Positions 9,001 through 19,438 are shown, numbered from the stretch's first letter. The stretch: DNA of 64,000 bases from an uncultured Bdellovibrionales bacterium (GCA_964624415.1 CAZUWR010000001.1:74114-138113), one strand, 5' to 3'. Notes: generated by a model not told the origin, from the letters alone. Made by a program: numbers and translations.

Positions 9001-9576
9001 ATGAAAACACGAAAATGTATCATCATTCATGGGTGTTTTCCGGATGCAAAGCAGGTGATGGATCCACAAGGAGAGTTGTATCAGAGATACTGGGCATCCT
9101 GGATCGAAAAAGAACTCGTTGCAAAAGGTGTCGAGACTTGTGTGCCTCGGATGCCTGAGCCGTCGCAACCTAACTACGAACGCTTCAAAGCGGATTTCGA
9201 AAAGCTGACCGTCGATGATGATACTGTGCTTGTGGGTCATAGCTGTGGCTGCGCTTTCTTGACGCGCTGGCTCGGTGAAACCAAACAGAAAGTAGCGAAA
9301 CTCGTTTTTGTCGCGCCATGGAATGTTGCCAAGGAAGATGATACAGTGAGGCAGGCATTTTATCAGTATACGATCGACACAAATATCAAAGACCGGGTCA
9401 GCGAAATCGTTATGTTTACCGCGGATAATGAATCAAAGCCCGGCAAGAAAAGCCTCCAAATACTCCATGATGCGCTCGGTGGCGAAATCATTGATCTTTC
9501 TGGCCGAGGCCACTACCTGATAGACGATATGAAAACCGCGGAGTTTCCCGAATTGCTAGAGGTGATTGTGCGCTAA
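9001..9576 (+). CDS. RBBP9/YdeN-family alpha/beta hydrolase
   Basis: IIIHG, VLVGHSCG nucleophile elbow, LVFVAP, GRGHY. Confidence 0.9.
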   Translation: MKTRKCIIIHGCFPDAKQVMDPQGELYQRYWASWIEKELVAKGVETCVPRMPEPSQPNYERFKADFEKLTVDDDTVLVGHSCGCAFLTRWLGETKQKVAKLVFVAPWNVAKEDDTVRQAFYQYTIDTNIKDRVSEIVMFTADNESKPGKKSLQILHDALGGEIIDLSGRGHYLIDDMKTAEFPELLEVIVR

Positions 9577-9666
9577 CCGCACAGCGATATTTCGGTGATG
9601 AAAAAACGTGTTTACTTCGTATTCACTCTTTGGTATACTGAAAGAGTAAACCATTTTTCAAACTCT

Positions 9667-10521
9667 ATGGACAATGAAGCATCACTGGCTATTTTTGAAA
9701 ACTTTAAAATACGCAGGCATTACGACGAAACATCGGAAACGTGGTTTTTTTCGGTGATAGATATCGTGGCGGTTCTAACTGAACAAGAGGATTATGCCAA
9801 AGCAAAAAGCTACTGGACAACGTTGAAAAATCGCTTAAAAAATGAAGGCAGTGAAGTGGTCACAAAATGTGACCGGTTGAAAGTGCTGGCAGTAGACGGA
9901 AAAATGCGTGAAACAGATATGGCGAATGTGGAGGTTTTGTTGCGTCTTATCCAATCCGTACCGAGTAAGAAAGCCGAACCGATAAAGCTCTGGTTGGCAA
10001 AAGTCGGATATGAGCGGATGCAAGAGATGTCCGACCCGGAAAGAGCCCTGAACCGATCGAGGGAATACTGGCAGAAGCAAGGACGGAGCGAAAAGTGGAT
10101 ACAACAAAGAATGACCGGGCAAGAAACCAGAAATAAACTGACGGATTATTGGAGCGAACACAATGTCAAAAAAGGTGATGAGTTTGCTATCCTGACTAAT
10201 ATCATCCACGAGGAATGGAGTGATTTGTCTATCAAAAATCATAAAAACCTCAAGGGGCTCAAAACGCAGAATCTCCGCGATCATATGAGCGAAGAAGAGC
10301 TCATCTTTACCGCGTTAGCGGAAGTATCGACACGCCGGATCGCCGAGATGGACAAAGCGGTCGGTTTGGAGGAAAATAAAGTGCCGGCAAAGAAAGGCGG
10401 AAAAATCGCGAGGGACGCTCGTATCGCCCTTGAGGAAAGGTTGGGGAAAAGCGTGATTACGGGGGATAATTTTTTATTGAAAGCGAAAGGTGAGAATAAG
10501 AAACTCAGAAATATACAATAA
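9667..10521 (+). CDS. BRO-N domain DNA-binding protein (phage antirepressor-like)
   Basis: WFFSVIDIVAVLT, YWTTLKNRL, AVDGKMRETD, IQSVPSKKAEPIKLWLA, QNLRDHMS; start moved to CTATG at 9667. Confidence 0.85.
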   Translation: MDNEASLAIFENFKIRRHYDETSETWFFSVIDIVAVLTEQEDYAKAKSYWTTLKNRLKNEGSEVVTKCDRLKVLAVDGKMRETDMANVEVLLRLIQSVPSKKAEPIKLWLAKVGYERMQEMSDPERALNRSREYWQKQGRSEKWIQQRMTGQETRNKLTDYWSEHNVKKGDEFAILTNIIHEEWSDLSIKNHKNLKGLKTQNLRDHMSEEELIFTALAEVSTRRIAEMDKAVGLEENKVPAKKGGKIARDARIALEERLGKSVITGDNFLLKAKGENKKLRNIQ

Positions 10522-10537
10522 ATTATTAGCATACGCT

Positions 10538-11065
10538 ATGTCAAAAGAACTGAATATACTATTTGAAGAAGCAGTGCGTCTCTTGGTTGAACATATGCCG
10601 ATTTCGCAAGATGATAGCAGGAAGCCAATTTTATTTCACGATATTCGCGTCGGCGTGTATTTGTATGAGCATGGCTATGCGCAGGACATTGTGCTGGCAG
10701 GAGTACTGCATGATGCCTTGGAGTGGTCTGGAATGACCGAGCAGATGTTACAAGAAACATTTGGCGATAACGTAGTCAGATTGGTTTTGGCGAGCACAAA
10801 AGACGATTCGATTGAAGACAAGATTGAAAAAACAAACGAACTTATCAAGCGTTGTATTCAAAACGGACAGGATGCTTTGATTGTGAAAGTCGCTGATATA
10901 CTCGATAGTTTCAAGTGGTATTCGAGTCAAAACAATGAGGGTGAACTTCGATACTGTATGAGGAATGCCAATGCTATTTTTACATTCAAGCCGGATGAGT
11001 TTGAGGATAAGATATTCGATGAATTAAAAAGTTGGCAGGATACATATTCGCACTTGACTGATTAG
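10538..11065 (+). CDS. Stand-alone RelA/SpoT-type HD domain protein (Mesh1/small alarmone hydrolase-like)
   Basis: KPILFH..RVG, AGVLHDALE, FGDNVVRLV, VKVADILD. Confidence 0.75.
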   Translation: MSKELNILFEEAVRLLVEHMPISQDDSRKPILFHDIRVGVYLYEHGYAQDIVLAGVLHDALEWSGMTEQMLQETFGDNVVRLVLASTKDDSIEDKIEKTNELIKRCIQNGQDALIVKVADILDSFKWYSSQNNEGELRYCMRNANAIFTFKPDEFEDKIFDELKSWQDTYSHLTD

Positions 11066-11068
11066 ATC

Positions 11069-12682
11069 ATGACCCAAAAAGAAGCACTCGACATTTTGAA
11101 GACGGGCGTCAATGTTTTTTTGACGGGAGAGCCTGGCGCAGGGAAGACGCATACCATCAATCAGTATGTGGCATATTTGCGTTCGCATGGCATCGAGCCA
11201 GCCATTACCGCATCGACCGGCATCGCAGCGACGCATATCCATGGGATGACACTGCATTCGTGGAGTGGAGTGGGTGTGGCGCGCGATTTGAGCGATGATG
11301 ATGTGGCGGATATCGCCAAGAGCCGATATATCTCCGGCCGTATCAAAAAAACCAAAGTCCTGATACTTGACGAGGTCTCGATGATCGATAGCGAGACGCT
11401 TTCCAATGTTGAGCGTATCTGTCGCCGGGTTAAAAAATCCGCACAGCCTTTCGGTGGGATGCAGGTGGTTTTCGTGGGGGATTTTTTTCAGTTGCCTCCG
11501 GTGAGTAAGGGCGGCGCTCAGTCGGTCTTTTCGTTTTCGTCCGCAGCGTGGCGGATGATGCGACCGACCGTGTGCTATCTGACCGAGCAGCATCGACAGG
11601 AAGACGCGAAGTTTTTGAGTATTCTTTCAGCGATGCGTCGGGATGAATTTGGCGAGCAGCACTTTGAGCAAATGCGTTCGTGTCTGCTTACGGTAGATGA
11701 GTTGCCCAACGATGTGACGAGGCTTTTCTCCCACAATGCCGATGTCGATACTATCAATACGAAAGAGCTGCGGAAGCTCGAGGGTAAGACGCGTTCGTTT
11801 CTGATGGCGGATAGGGGTCCTGAGAGGCTGGTGGAGGCGCTCAAGCGCGGCTGCCTTTCTCCGGAGCGCCTCGAGCTCAAGGAGGGCTCTGCGGTGATGT
11901 TTACCAAGAATAATCCCAATGCGGGATTTGTGAACGGGACGCTGGGCACGGTTATCGGATTCGATGATGAGAGCCGCTGCCCGGTGGTGATGCTGCGCGA
12001 TGAGACGGTACTGGTGGTCAAGCCGATGGAGTGGGCGATAGAAGAGCAGGGCGAAGTGTTGGCACGCATTATGCAGATACCTTTGCGCTTGGCATGGGCG
12101 ATCACTATTCACAAGAGCCAGGGGATGAGTATGGATGCGGCGGTGATGGATCTGTCCAAGACCTTCGAATTCGGGCAGGGCTATGTGGCGCTTTCCCGGG
12201 TGCGGACTTTGGCGGGCGTGCACCTCTTGGGTGTAAGCGAGCAAGCCTTTCGAGTCAGTCCGGAAATACTGGAGCAAGACATCTCTTTTCGCGAGCAATC
12301 GCTGATGATAGAGGATGAGTACGCGCACTTGGCACAGAAGGATCTTTTGAAACGGCAGAAGGATTTCGTGAAACTGTGCGGTGGTCGATGGGAGGATGTA
12401 CACGATGTTTTGGCTGGAAAAGTAAAAAAAGAGGAGCATCCTCTCAAAAAAGCAAAAAAATCCGCGAGGACCACAGAGGAAAAAGAAGCGTATATGAAAT
12501 CCATAGAAGATCTTCGTATCAAACACGCCCAAGCGTACAAGAAGTGGGACGCGCCGGAAGAAAAACGCCTCACCGCATTGTTTCACGAAAACATCCCGCT
12601 TCCGGAAATCGCAGAAACGCTCGGCCGTCAGATAGGCGGTATCCGATCACGATTGAAAAAGCTCGGACTTTTGGGAGAGTGA
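11069..12682 (+). CDS. PIF1-family 5'-3' DNA helicase with C-terminal HTH
   Basis: TGEPGAGKT, ASTGIAA, LDEVSM, FGGMQVVFVGDFFQLPPV, LAWAITIHKSQGMS, GQGYVALSR. Confidence 0.93.
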   Translation: MTQKEALDILKTGVNVFLTGEPGAGKTHTINQYVAYLRSHGIEPAITASTGIAATHIHGMTLHSWSGVGVARDLSDDDVADIAKSRYISGRIKKTKVLILDEVSMIDSETLSNVERICRRVKKSAQPFGGMQVVFVGDFFQLPPVSKGGAQSVFSFSSAAWRMMRPTVCYLTEQHRQEDAKFLSILSAMRRDEFGEQHFEQMRSCLLTVDELPNDVTRLFSHNADVDTINTKELRKLEGKTRSFLMADRGPERLVEALKRGCLSPERLELKEGSAVMFTKNNPNAGFVNGTLGTVIGFDDESRCPVVMLRDETVLVVKPMEWAIEEQGEVLARIMQIPLRLAWAITIHKSQGMSMDAAVMDLSKTFEFGQGYVALSRVRTLAGVHLLGVSEQAFRVSPEILEQDISFREQSLMIEDEYAHLAQKDLLKRQKDFVKLCGGRWEDVHDVLAGKVKKEEHPLKKAKKSARTTEEKEAYMKSIEDLRIKHAQAYKKWDAPEEKRLTALFHENIPLPEIAETLGRQIGGIRSRLKKLGLLGE

Positions 12683-12705
12683 TATAAAATTTTTTATGGA
12701 TATGA

Positions 12706-12740
12706 AATAAGCCCGACAAATTCTATTTGCAGGGCTTATT
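12706..12740. terminator. Bidirectional intrinsic terminator-like hairpin
   Basis: AATAAGCCC...GGGCTTATT between convergent genes. Confidence 0.65.
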
Positions 12741-12765
12741 AAAAACTATTTTTATGGAACATCTT

Positions 12766-13200
12766 TTATGTTGTCGCCTCGGTATTTTTCGCGATCTCTT
12801 TGAGTACTCCGATCATTTCCCTGAGAATAATACTGAAATTATTCATGGGAGCTAACGAAACTTTATCCGCTGCGGCTATTTTCAATCCCAGTGGTGTTAT
12901 AAAGGGAGCCGGAGTCGCTGAAAAAATTTGTATCGGTTGTGTTACCCAAATGTGCCATTCGGGTGATTTGGTACTCCTGTGATCAATAATAAACTCTCGC
13001 AAGAATTCCTCGAATCTTCTTTGATAATTTTCCGCTTCATTCAGAGTGCTGAAGTATTGGATGCGAAAAATTTTTCCGAATCTCCGGAAGGAATCATTTT
13101 TGGTGTAGGCCATACTTATTTGTATCGTATAGGGCGGGTCATCTTCATTATGCGGTACGAGTGATGGCCAGGTATCATCTGTATTGTTTTGTGTGTGCAT
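12766..13200 (-). CDS. Orphan hypothetical protein
   Basis: AT-rich ORF with GAGGTG SD and its own promoter; start taken at MHTQNN. Confidence 0.6.
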   Translation of the reverse strand: MHTQNNTDDTWPSLVPHNEDDPPYTIQISMAYTKNDSFRRFGKIFRIQYFSTLNEAENYQRRFEEFLREFIIDHRSTKSPEWHIWVTQPIQIFSATPAPFITPLGLKIAAADKVSLAPMNNFSIILREMIGVLKEIAKNTEATT

Positions 13201-13220
13201 GATAGCACCTCTTTGCAGTA

Positions 13221-13266
13221 TTGTTAAAGACATCCCTATTCAAACACGCTTTTCGAGAAGTGTCAA
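13221..13266 (-). promoter_or_regulatory. Sigma70-type promoter TTGACA-17-TTGAAT followed by boxA-like TGTCTTTAACAA
   Basis: Exact 17-nt spacing; close match to the rrn boxA consensus TGCTCTTTAACA. Confidence 0.55.
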
Positions 13267-13292
13267 ATTTGGCAGACACTTTTGTCTTAAGG

Positions 13293-14114
13293 CTACTTTT
13301 CTACTCCGAATCCTTTGCTTTTCCAGTCTGCGAAACCGCCTTTAAGGACTTCTGTTGAGAGAAATCCGAGGTCGAATAATCTGACCCCTGATTGGAAGTC
13401 TTCGAGCTCGGAATCTCCATAGGTCACAATGCGCACACCCTTGGGTATTTTGTCGAAATGATGTTCCAATTGGTCTAAGGGCAGGTTGACGGCATTTGGT
13501 ACATGTCCTTGGGCGTAGGCATCGTGTGAACGCATATCGATAACAGCGTAGGCCTGCTTGGTATCCAGGCGCTTTTTGTATTCTTCCGGCGTGATGTATT
13601 TTACTTTGACTTGATCGGTAATGAGAGATGGATCGCCGATAGAAATGGTCGCTCCACCGGATTGCTTCCATCCTTCGAAGCCGCCGCGCAGTATGAAAAT
13701 CGGAGCTTTGTCGTTTTTGGTATGGAGCGCCTGCATAGCCATAGCGCCGAAGCCTTGCTCATTGCCCACAGTGGTGACAATAACGAAGGTGAAGCCGTCT
13801 TTTATCTCAAGGTTGCTTATGACCTCGAAAGGAATATTGGTCGATCGCGGGATATGTTCGTTTGCAAAGAGGACATTGGAACGGATATCGATCAGAACGA
13901 TTTGCGAGGGATTTTCTTGCTGTTTGCGTATTACCGTATCGTAATCGGTAAACGCATCATCGCTGAGGGATGGTTGCTGCTCCTGAGTCGTATTCTGATC
14001 CGAAGTGTGATTTCTTTGGATATAGGCGTGCGTATAGAAAGCGATGATACCGACAATGCCAGCAAACCCGACAGAGAGGACAACGGTTTCTTTGCGTAAA
14101 CGAAAGAGTGACAT
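13293..14114 (-). CDS. Membrane-anchored tandem rhodanese-domain protein
   Basis: LIDIRS..F..EHIPRS.NIP, LRGGFEGWK; IDMRS...Y.QGHVPNAVNLP, LKGGFADWK; N-terminal TM. Confidence 0.88.
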   Translation of the reverse strand: MSLFRLRKETVVLSVGFAGIVGIIAFYTHAYIQRNHTSDQNTTQEQQPSLSDDAFTDYDTVIRKQQENPSQIVLIDIRSNVLFANEHIPRSTNIPFEVISNLEIKDGFTFVIVTTVGNEQGFGAMAMQALHTKNDKAPIFILRGGFEGWKQSGGATISIGDPSLITDQVKVKYITPEEYKKRLDTKQAYAVIDMRSHDAYAQGHVPNAVNLPLDQLEHHFDKIPKGVRIVTYGDSELEDFQSGVRLFDLGFLSTEVLKGGFADWKSKGFGVEK

Positions 14115-14142
14115 AATTTTGTTTTTTAAAAGAGGCTGCAAT

Positions 14143-15129
14143 CTACTGTAGGATACTGCCGACGCATTGAGGATAGCCTTTGATAAACTCCGCTATCGGC
14201 ATAGGATTTTTTCCTTCAGGCTGGATTTCTTCGAGAAAAATGACGCCCTCGCTGCACTGGACCCCGATCTTTTCCCCGAGTTCAAAAATCTCTCCCAAAT
14301 GATGAGGGGTTTGAGGGCTATGCTTTTGATAGGTAATGTGTGTTAGTTTCAACCTGATGAGCCGGTTGTCGTTTCGGCGCCAAAAACTATAGATACCGGG
14401 CCACGGAGTGAGTGCACGAAACGTATTGTATATCGAAGAAGCGTCATTTGACCACAGGATATGTCCGTCCTCGCGCTCTATGAGTTGGCAGAGCGTGACA
14501 CGCGAAACATCTTGTTTTTGCGGGGTTATTGCACCATCAACCCATGCAGGAAGTGTCTGTAGCAAAAGATTGGCGCTGCAAAGAGAGAGCTTATCGGAAA
14601 GGGTGGGATAGGTGTCACTCGGATCGATAGCGATGGTTTCCTGCGCGAGAATATCGCCACTGTCCATACCTTCGTCCATCAGCATAATGGTCGTGCCCGT
14701 TTCTTGTTCTCCGGAAAGCAAGGCATTTTGAATCGGGGATGGTCCGCGATATTTGGGGAGGAGTGATGGATGGATATTGATACAACCGAATTCAGGAATC
14801 TTCAGTACCGCCTCCGGGAGCATTTTCCCGTAGGCTATCACCACGATCAAATCCGGTTTATAGCTTTTGAGTTTTTTGATGGTGTCGGCATCGAATCGAT
14901 CAGGTTGTTCGATAGGAAGCGTATGCTGTGATGCGCGTTGTTTGACAGGGCTTTCCTGTACTTCTTGTTTGCGCCCCACGGCTTTGTCCGGGCGGGTATA
15001 GACCGCGACCAGGTTATATCGTTTTTCAATGAGTGCTGCCAACACCGGTTCGGCGAAAGAGGGTGTTCCCATGAAAATGACACGGATTGTCGGGACGAGC
15101 ATTTCTTTTCGAGTTGTCTGCGTATCCAT
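14143..15129 (-). CDS. fmt: Methionyl-tRNA formyltransferase
   Basis: IFMGTPSFA, INIHPSLLPKYRGPSPIQ, MDEGMDSGD, RALTPWPG; adjacent to def. Confidence 0.97.
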   Translation of the reverse strand: MDTQTTRKEMLVPTIRVIFMGTPSFAEPVLAALIEKRYNLVAVYTRPDKAVGRKQEVQESPVKQRASQHTLPIEQPDRFDADTIKKLKSYKPDLIVVIAYGKMLPEAVLKIPEFGCINIHPSLLPKYRGPSPIQNALLSGEQETGTTIMLMDEGMDSGDILAQETIAIDPSDTYPTLSDKLSLCSANLLLQTLPAWVDGAITPQKQDVSRVTLCQLIEREDGHILWSNDASSIYNTFRALTPWPGIYSFWRRNDNRLIRLKLTHITYQKHSPQTPHHLGEIFELGEKIGVQCSEGVIFLEEIQPEGKNPMPIAEFIKGYPQCVGSILQ

Positions 15130-15151
15130 ACTTTTGTATTTGAGTGAGAGA

Positions 15152-15634
15152 TTAGCGCCAGATCGGCGTATGGGGATTAACCTTTTGTTTCTTGTAGCGA
15201 TCAATAATCAAAGTGCCTTCGAGGTGGTCGATTTCGTGCTGGATGGCGATGGCCATAATACCATGGAGCTTTTCTTTTACATCCTCTCCTTTTTCATTTT
15301 GGTACCGGATAGTGGCTTGCTCAGAGCGTTCGATCCAGAAGAATTGCCCTGGGAGACTCAGGCAGCCTTCTTCAAAAAGGACTTTTTCTTTGGAGAGGGA
15401 AGTGAGGGTTGGGTTGATATAGACGCTGCGCACCCCTTCGTATTCTATCACAGCCAAACGGACAGAATGGTTGATCTGAGGTGCGGCAAGACCCATACCA
15501 TCGGCGGCATGCATCGAGTCAAACATATCCGCGATGAGTTGCTGTATCTCGGGACTGGTCGGATCTTTGACCTTTTGAGCCTTTTGATGGAGTATTTCGG
15601 TCTGTGCTCCGGTAATGATAGGAATAATAGCCAT
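15152..15634 (-). CDS. def: Peptide deformylase
   Basis: GMGLAAPQ, EGCLS, QHEIDHLEG motifs. Confidence 0.97.
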   Translation of the reverse strand: MAIIPIITGAQTEILHQKAQKVKDPTSPEIQQLIADMFDSMHAADGMGLAAPQINHSVRLAVIEYEGVRSVYINPTLTSLSKEKVLFEEGCLSLPGQFFWIERSEQATIRYQNEKGEDVKEKLHGIMAIAIQHEIDHLEGTLIIDRYKKQKVNPHTPIWR

Positions 15635-15669
15635 AGAGAATCAGTTTAAAAATGGTGCTGTCAGTATCA

Positions 15670-17700
15670 TCAGACGAGACTGACAGGATCGATGTCGATA
15701 ATACAGTCTTTGGAAATTTTGAGGAGAAAAGCCGTCAAATCGTCGGGGAACTCTGCATTCTTGCAACGGATGATAATCTGTTTGCGAAAATTGTTTCGGA
15801 CTTTGGCGATAAGCGGGTGCTGAGGTTCGGATATGCGCAGACTCCTTTCGTATTCTGCTAGAGCTGCCAGTTTGGTATAGAATTTCTGCGTTTCTTTTTC
15901 AACCTTCTTACTCTCCTCATTTTGAACGATGATTTTGATGAGTCGTCCGAAGGGAGGATAGAAAAGTGGTTCCCTTTGATCGACTATCTCTCGATAAAAA
16001 GAAAGGTAATCCTTAGTCTGAATTTTTTGCAAAGTCGGATTTTCGGGGTAGAAGGTCTGTATCAAGGCTGTGCCTTCACCGACACTTCCGATACGAGCCA
16101 TCCGACCCGCCGCTTGCAGGATATGCTGGAAGGCATTTTCATCGGTCTTAAAATCGGCCCAAGTGAACAAACTGTCCGCATCAATCATACCAACAAGTGC
16201 CACATTTGGCAAGTCCCAGCCTTTTGTAGCCATCTGCGTCCCGATGAGGATATCGATCTTTCCCGAGGCAAAATCGTGGAATACTTTTTCTTGCGCACCC
16301 TTTTTTTGCATCGTTGTCCGGTCGATACGCGCTACCTTGGAGTAGGGGAACCGTTTCATGATATCGCGCTCTATTTTCTGCGTCCCGGTGCCGACATTTT
16401 TGAACTGCAATCCGCCGCACGATACGCATTTGGGAAAGGCTGAACTTTTGTGCGTGCAGTGTAGACAACGGTATATCCCCAGCGGCGCATCATAGACTAA
16501 GGCGCGTTCGCAGGACGGGCAGCGCAGGATGGTTTTGCAGCTCTCGCATACCGAAAACGAGCTAGCTCCCTGACGATTGATAAAAAGAAATGTCTGCTTC
16601 TTGTTTTTAAGAGTCGCCGTGATTGCGTTGGTTAGCTCTTCGGAGAGCGAAGAGAAATTTTTGTTGTGGCGTTCGAAACGAAGATTGACGAGCCTTATAT
16701 CATAGCGCGGTTGCATCGGAAGAGGCGAAAGCGTGACAAGTGTGGAAGCGCCGGTTTTCGCTCGGTAAAAGCGCTCGATGGAGGGAGTGGCCGATCCGAA
16801 GACGACGGTTGCGCTGTGGATGCGCGCGAGTTCTTCGGCGACACTGCGCCCGTCATAGCGCGGACTCATATCCCACTGTTTGTAAGCATCGTCTTGCTCT
16901 TCGTCCACCACCACGAGTTTCAGGTCTTTGAATGGAGCGAAGAGAGCCTGTCGCGTACCGATAACTATGCTCGCTTCACCGCTGGCGATTTTTTTCCAGG
17001 TTTCATAGAAAGTTCCGGGAGCGATATGGCTGTGCAAAAGAGTGATATGTTCTTTGCCGAAAGCCTCGCTGTAACGATCGATTTCCTGTGGGATGAGGGT
17101 AAGCTCGGGGACAAGGACGAGCGCTTGGCCGCCTTTCCTGATGATTTTTTTGATGGAGCGGATATACACTTCGGTTTTGCCGGACGAAGCGGGACCAAAG
17201 AGGTAGACTTCTTTCGCCTTTCTCTCACTTATTGTTTGGATCGCATGTTGCTGTTCTTTGGTCGGATGAATCGTTTTTGATGGCGCAGCTACGGTTGATA
17301 CGATAGGTAGAGCCGATTTCGTTCTCGATGTGGCGGTCTGCGGAGCAAAGTGGACGAGGCATCGACCCAATGAGGTGAAGTAGCGTTTGGAAATAAAGAG
17401 AGCGAGCTGTAGTTGTTCGGGTGTTAGGAAATCGTCCTGTAGCACAGAGATAATAGGCTTCACTTTGAAAGGGGGCATTTTTCTGTCACCGCTACTCATA
17501 TTGTACGAAGCGAAGACTACGCCCTTGAGGGTACGGGTCGTCACGGGGATGGATACAAGCGTGCCTGGTCGCACTTCGATACCGGAGGCATACGTAAAAA
17601 ACTGCCCACGGGTGAGCGGGAGACTGGTGAGCGGTGCGACTTCTATATGCCACAAAGGCGCTTTGGTCTGCTTTTTCAGAGGTGTTTTCAGTGGATCCAT
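15670..17700 (-). CDS. priA: Primosomal protein N' (replication restart helicase)
   Basis: GPASSGKTEVY, LVPE, VVDEEQD..YKQ, GSATPS, four CxxC pairs, GTQMATKG. Confidence 0.96.
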   Translation of the reverse strand: MDPLKTPLKKQTKAPLWHIEVAPLTSLPLTRGQFFTYASGIEVRPGTLVSIPVTTRTLKGVVFASYNMSSGDRKMPPFKVKPIISVLQDDFLTPEQLQLALFISKRYFTSLGRCLVHFAPQTATSRTKSALPIVSTVAAPSKTIHPTKEQQHAIQTISERKAKEVYLFGPASSGKTEVYIRSIKKIIRKGGQALVLVPELTLIPQEIDRYSEAFGKEHITLLHSHIAPGTFYETWKKIASGEASIVIGTRQALFAPFKDLKLVVVDEEQDDAYKQWDMSPRYDGRSVAEELARIHSATVVFGSATPSIERFYRAKTGASTLVTLSPLPMQPRYDIRLVNLRFERHNKNFSSLSEELTNAITATLKNKKQTFLFINRQGASSFSVCESCKTILRCPSCERALVYDAPLGIYRCLHCTHKSSAFPKCVSCGGLQFKNVGTGTQKIERDIMKRFPYSKVARIDRTTMQKKGAQEKVFHDFASGKIDILIGTQMATKGWDLPNVALVGMIDADSLFTWADFKTDENAFQHILQAAGRMARIGSVGEGTALIQTFYPENPTLQKIQTKDYLSFYREIVDQREPLFYPPFGRLIKIIVQNEESKKVEKETQKFYTKLAALAEYERSLRISEPQHPLIAKVRNNFRKQIIIRCKNAEFPDDLTAFLLKISKDCIIDIDPVSLV

Positions 17701-17764
17701 ACCTTCATTGTACCAGTCTCTTCTGATTTACGGAAAGAGGTATTTTAAGATATGTCATAAAGCA

Positions 17765-17866
17765 TTGACATATCTCTTCTTTTGTACTAGAGTGTAGAGG
17801 TCGGAATGCGTGAGTCGGTCATACCCGCCAGCATTTCAGACACAATTTCGTATGGTAAATTAACAA
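17765..17866 (+). promoter_or_regulatory. Promoter TTGACA-17-TAGAGT, 5' hairpin and weak boxA-like GTAAATTAACAA
   Basis: Spacing exact; GTC-GAATGC...GCATTT-CAGAC stem. Confidence 0.5.
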
Positions 17867-17874
17867 CAAAATAA

Positions 17875-18273
17875 ATGGTGAAAGCAATGGCTGGAACAGA
17901 AGAAAGTGTGAAGGGTCTGAGTCAAGAACAAATAAATGACATAGAGAGTCTTCATCAAAGACTCGTGGATGCAGGTTGCGCTATCAAGTTTGAAGAGCTG
18001 GTAATAATGGTTGTAAACCTTTTGGAATTAGGCTTTGATGAAAACGTTGCGCAAAGTCTAATTCTGAGTGAGAATTTTATAAGCTGGGACGATTTAAGAG
18101 AGGCTCAGTATGGATTTGATGATTACCGCTTAATACCAGACATCTCAGTTGAACAAGCAAGACATCTCTTTGAGAAGGTGAACCCTGGTATGCGCGTGCG
18201 AATAGCACCTACAAAAAAAGTAACCGAAAAAAAAGATGATGGGGTCATTGCTGGAAATCTGGCAACGGCGTAA
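17875..18273 (+). CDS. Orphan hypothetical protein
   Basis: 132-aa acidic ORF with its own promoter. Confidence 0.6.
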   Translation: MVKAMAGTEESVKGLSQEQINDIESLHQRLVDAGCAIKFEELVIMVVNLLELGFDENVAQSLILSENFISWDDLREAQYGFDDYRLIPDISVEQARHLFEKVNPGMRVRIAPTKKVTEKKDDGVIAGNLATA

Positions 18274-18417
18274 ATGGCAGTCTGCATAGGCGGTGAGGTA
18301 GTGAAAAAAATACCCCCGCCTTTTATACTACCCAAAATAGCGAATGGTGTTTGAAAAAGTGATTCCGATACGCTAGTATAGGAGTAGAAACAAGATTCCC
18401 TTATGCTATCCGACCCT

Positions 18418-18756
18418 ATGGCTACACAGTCATCTACCATCAATTATCTTCTTGATCAACTCGCAAGTGTCTCTGGAGTGCGGGTGCGAAAGATGTTTGG
18501 CGAGTACGCGCTTTACTGCAATGACAAAGTGGTGGCGCTGGTTTGTGATGATGAGCTCTTTGTCAAAATCACTCAGTCAGGCAAGGAATTTGTCGGCGAC
18601 CAGTACCAAGAAGGCACTGCGTATCCGGGTGCCAAGCCTTCGATGCGCATCGATATGGATATGGCTGAAAATCGCGATTGGTTGTGCGAGTTGATAGCTA
18701 TCACGGAAGCAGCTTTACCGGAACCTGCACCAAAGAAAAAGAAAATACGATTGTAA
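18418..18756 (+). CDS. TfoX/Sxy N-terminal domain protein
   Basis: RKMFGEYALY..KVVALVCDDELFVK, AYPGAKP. Confidence 0.9.
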   Translation: MATQSSTINYLLDQLASVSGVRVRKMFGEYALYCNDKVVALVCDDELFVKITQSGKEFVGDQYQEGTAYPGAKPSMRIDMDMAENRDWLCELIAITEAALPEPAPKKKKIRL

Positions 18757-18760
18757 TTGT

Positions 18761-19438
18761 ATGGCCACTCTCAAAAATATGCATAAAGTCGATATGCCTC
18801 GGGAAAAACTCGAGAAATACGGCGTTGCGAAATTGGCGGACTATGAATTGCTCGCCATCCTCTTGGGCTCCGGTATCAAAGGACTCAATGTAGTGGAGCT
18901 CTCCAAAAAAATCTTGAAAAAAATCCGTACATCAGGCCACGATATGCTGACACTCGACACACTCCTGGAAGAGAGGGGACTGGGAAAAGCGAAGGCTTTG
19001 CAGGTCATCGCGCTGCTTGAGCTCGGACAGCGATTGCAAGAACAGGAAAAACCGGAGATCCTCTCACCGCAAGATGCCTGGAAATTGTGCGCGGATATCC
19101 GCAGCTCCAAGCGAGAGCATCTCATCGCTTTTTACCTCGATACGCAGAACCGCCTCATCGAGCGCCAAATCATCTCCATCGGCATACTCAATGCTAGTCT
19201 GGTCCACCCAAGAGAGGTCTTCGAGCCCGCCATTGCGCTTCATGCTGCAAGCATCATCATCGCGCACAATCATCCTTCCGGAAGCCTACAACCGTCGCAG
19301 GAAGACATCAATATCACCGAGCGCCTTGTCCATGCCGGGAAAATCCTCGGCATCGCCGTGCTTGATCATATCATACTGACATCGGTTGGGTGGAAAGCGA
19401 TTGACGTTACTGAAAAGCACAGAAGTGATCAATACTAA
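18761..19438 (+). CDS. radC: RadC family JAB-domain protein
   Basis: PREKL..YG...L.DYELLAILLGSG, SLVHPREVF, AHNHPSG, LDHII. Confidence 0.95.
   Translation: MATLKNMHKVDMPREKLEKYGVAKLADYELLAILLGSGIKGLNVVELSKKILKKIRTSGHDMLTLDTLLEERGLGKAKALQVIALLELGQRLQEQEKPEILSPQDAWKLCADIRSSKREHLIAFYLDTQNRLIERQIISIGILNASLVHPREVFEPAIALHAASIIIAHNHPSGSLQPSQEDINITERLVHAGKILGIAVLDHIILTSVGWKAIDVTEKHRSDQY

Noticed and set aside
9667-10521. Prophage around the BRO-N gene
   Set aside because: No integrase, structural or replication phage genes nearby
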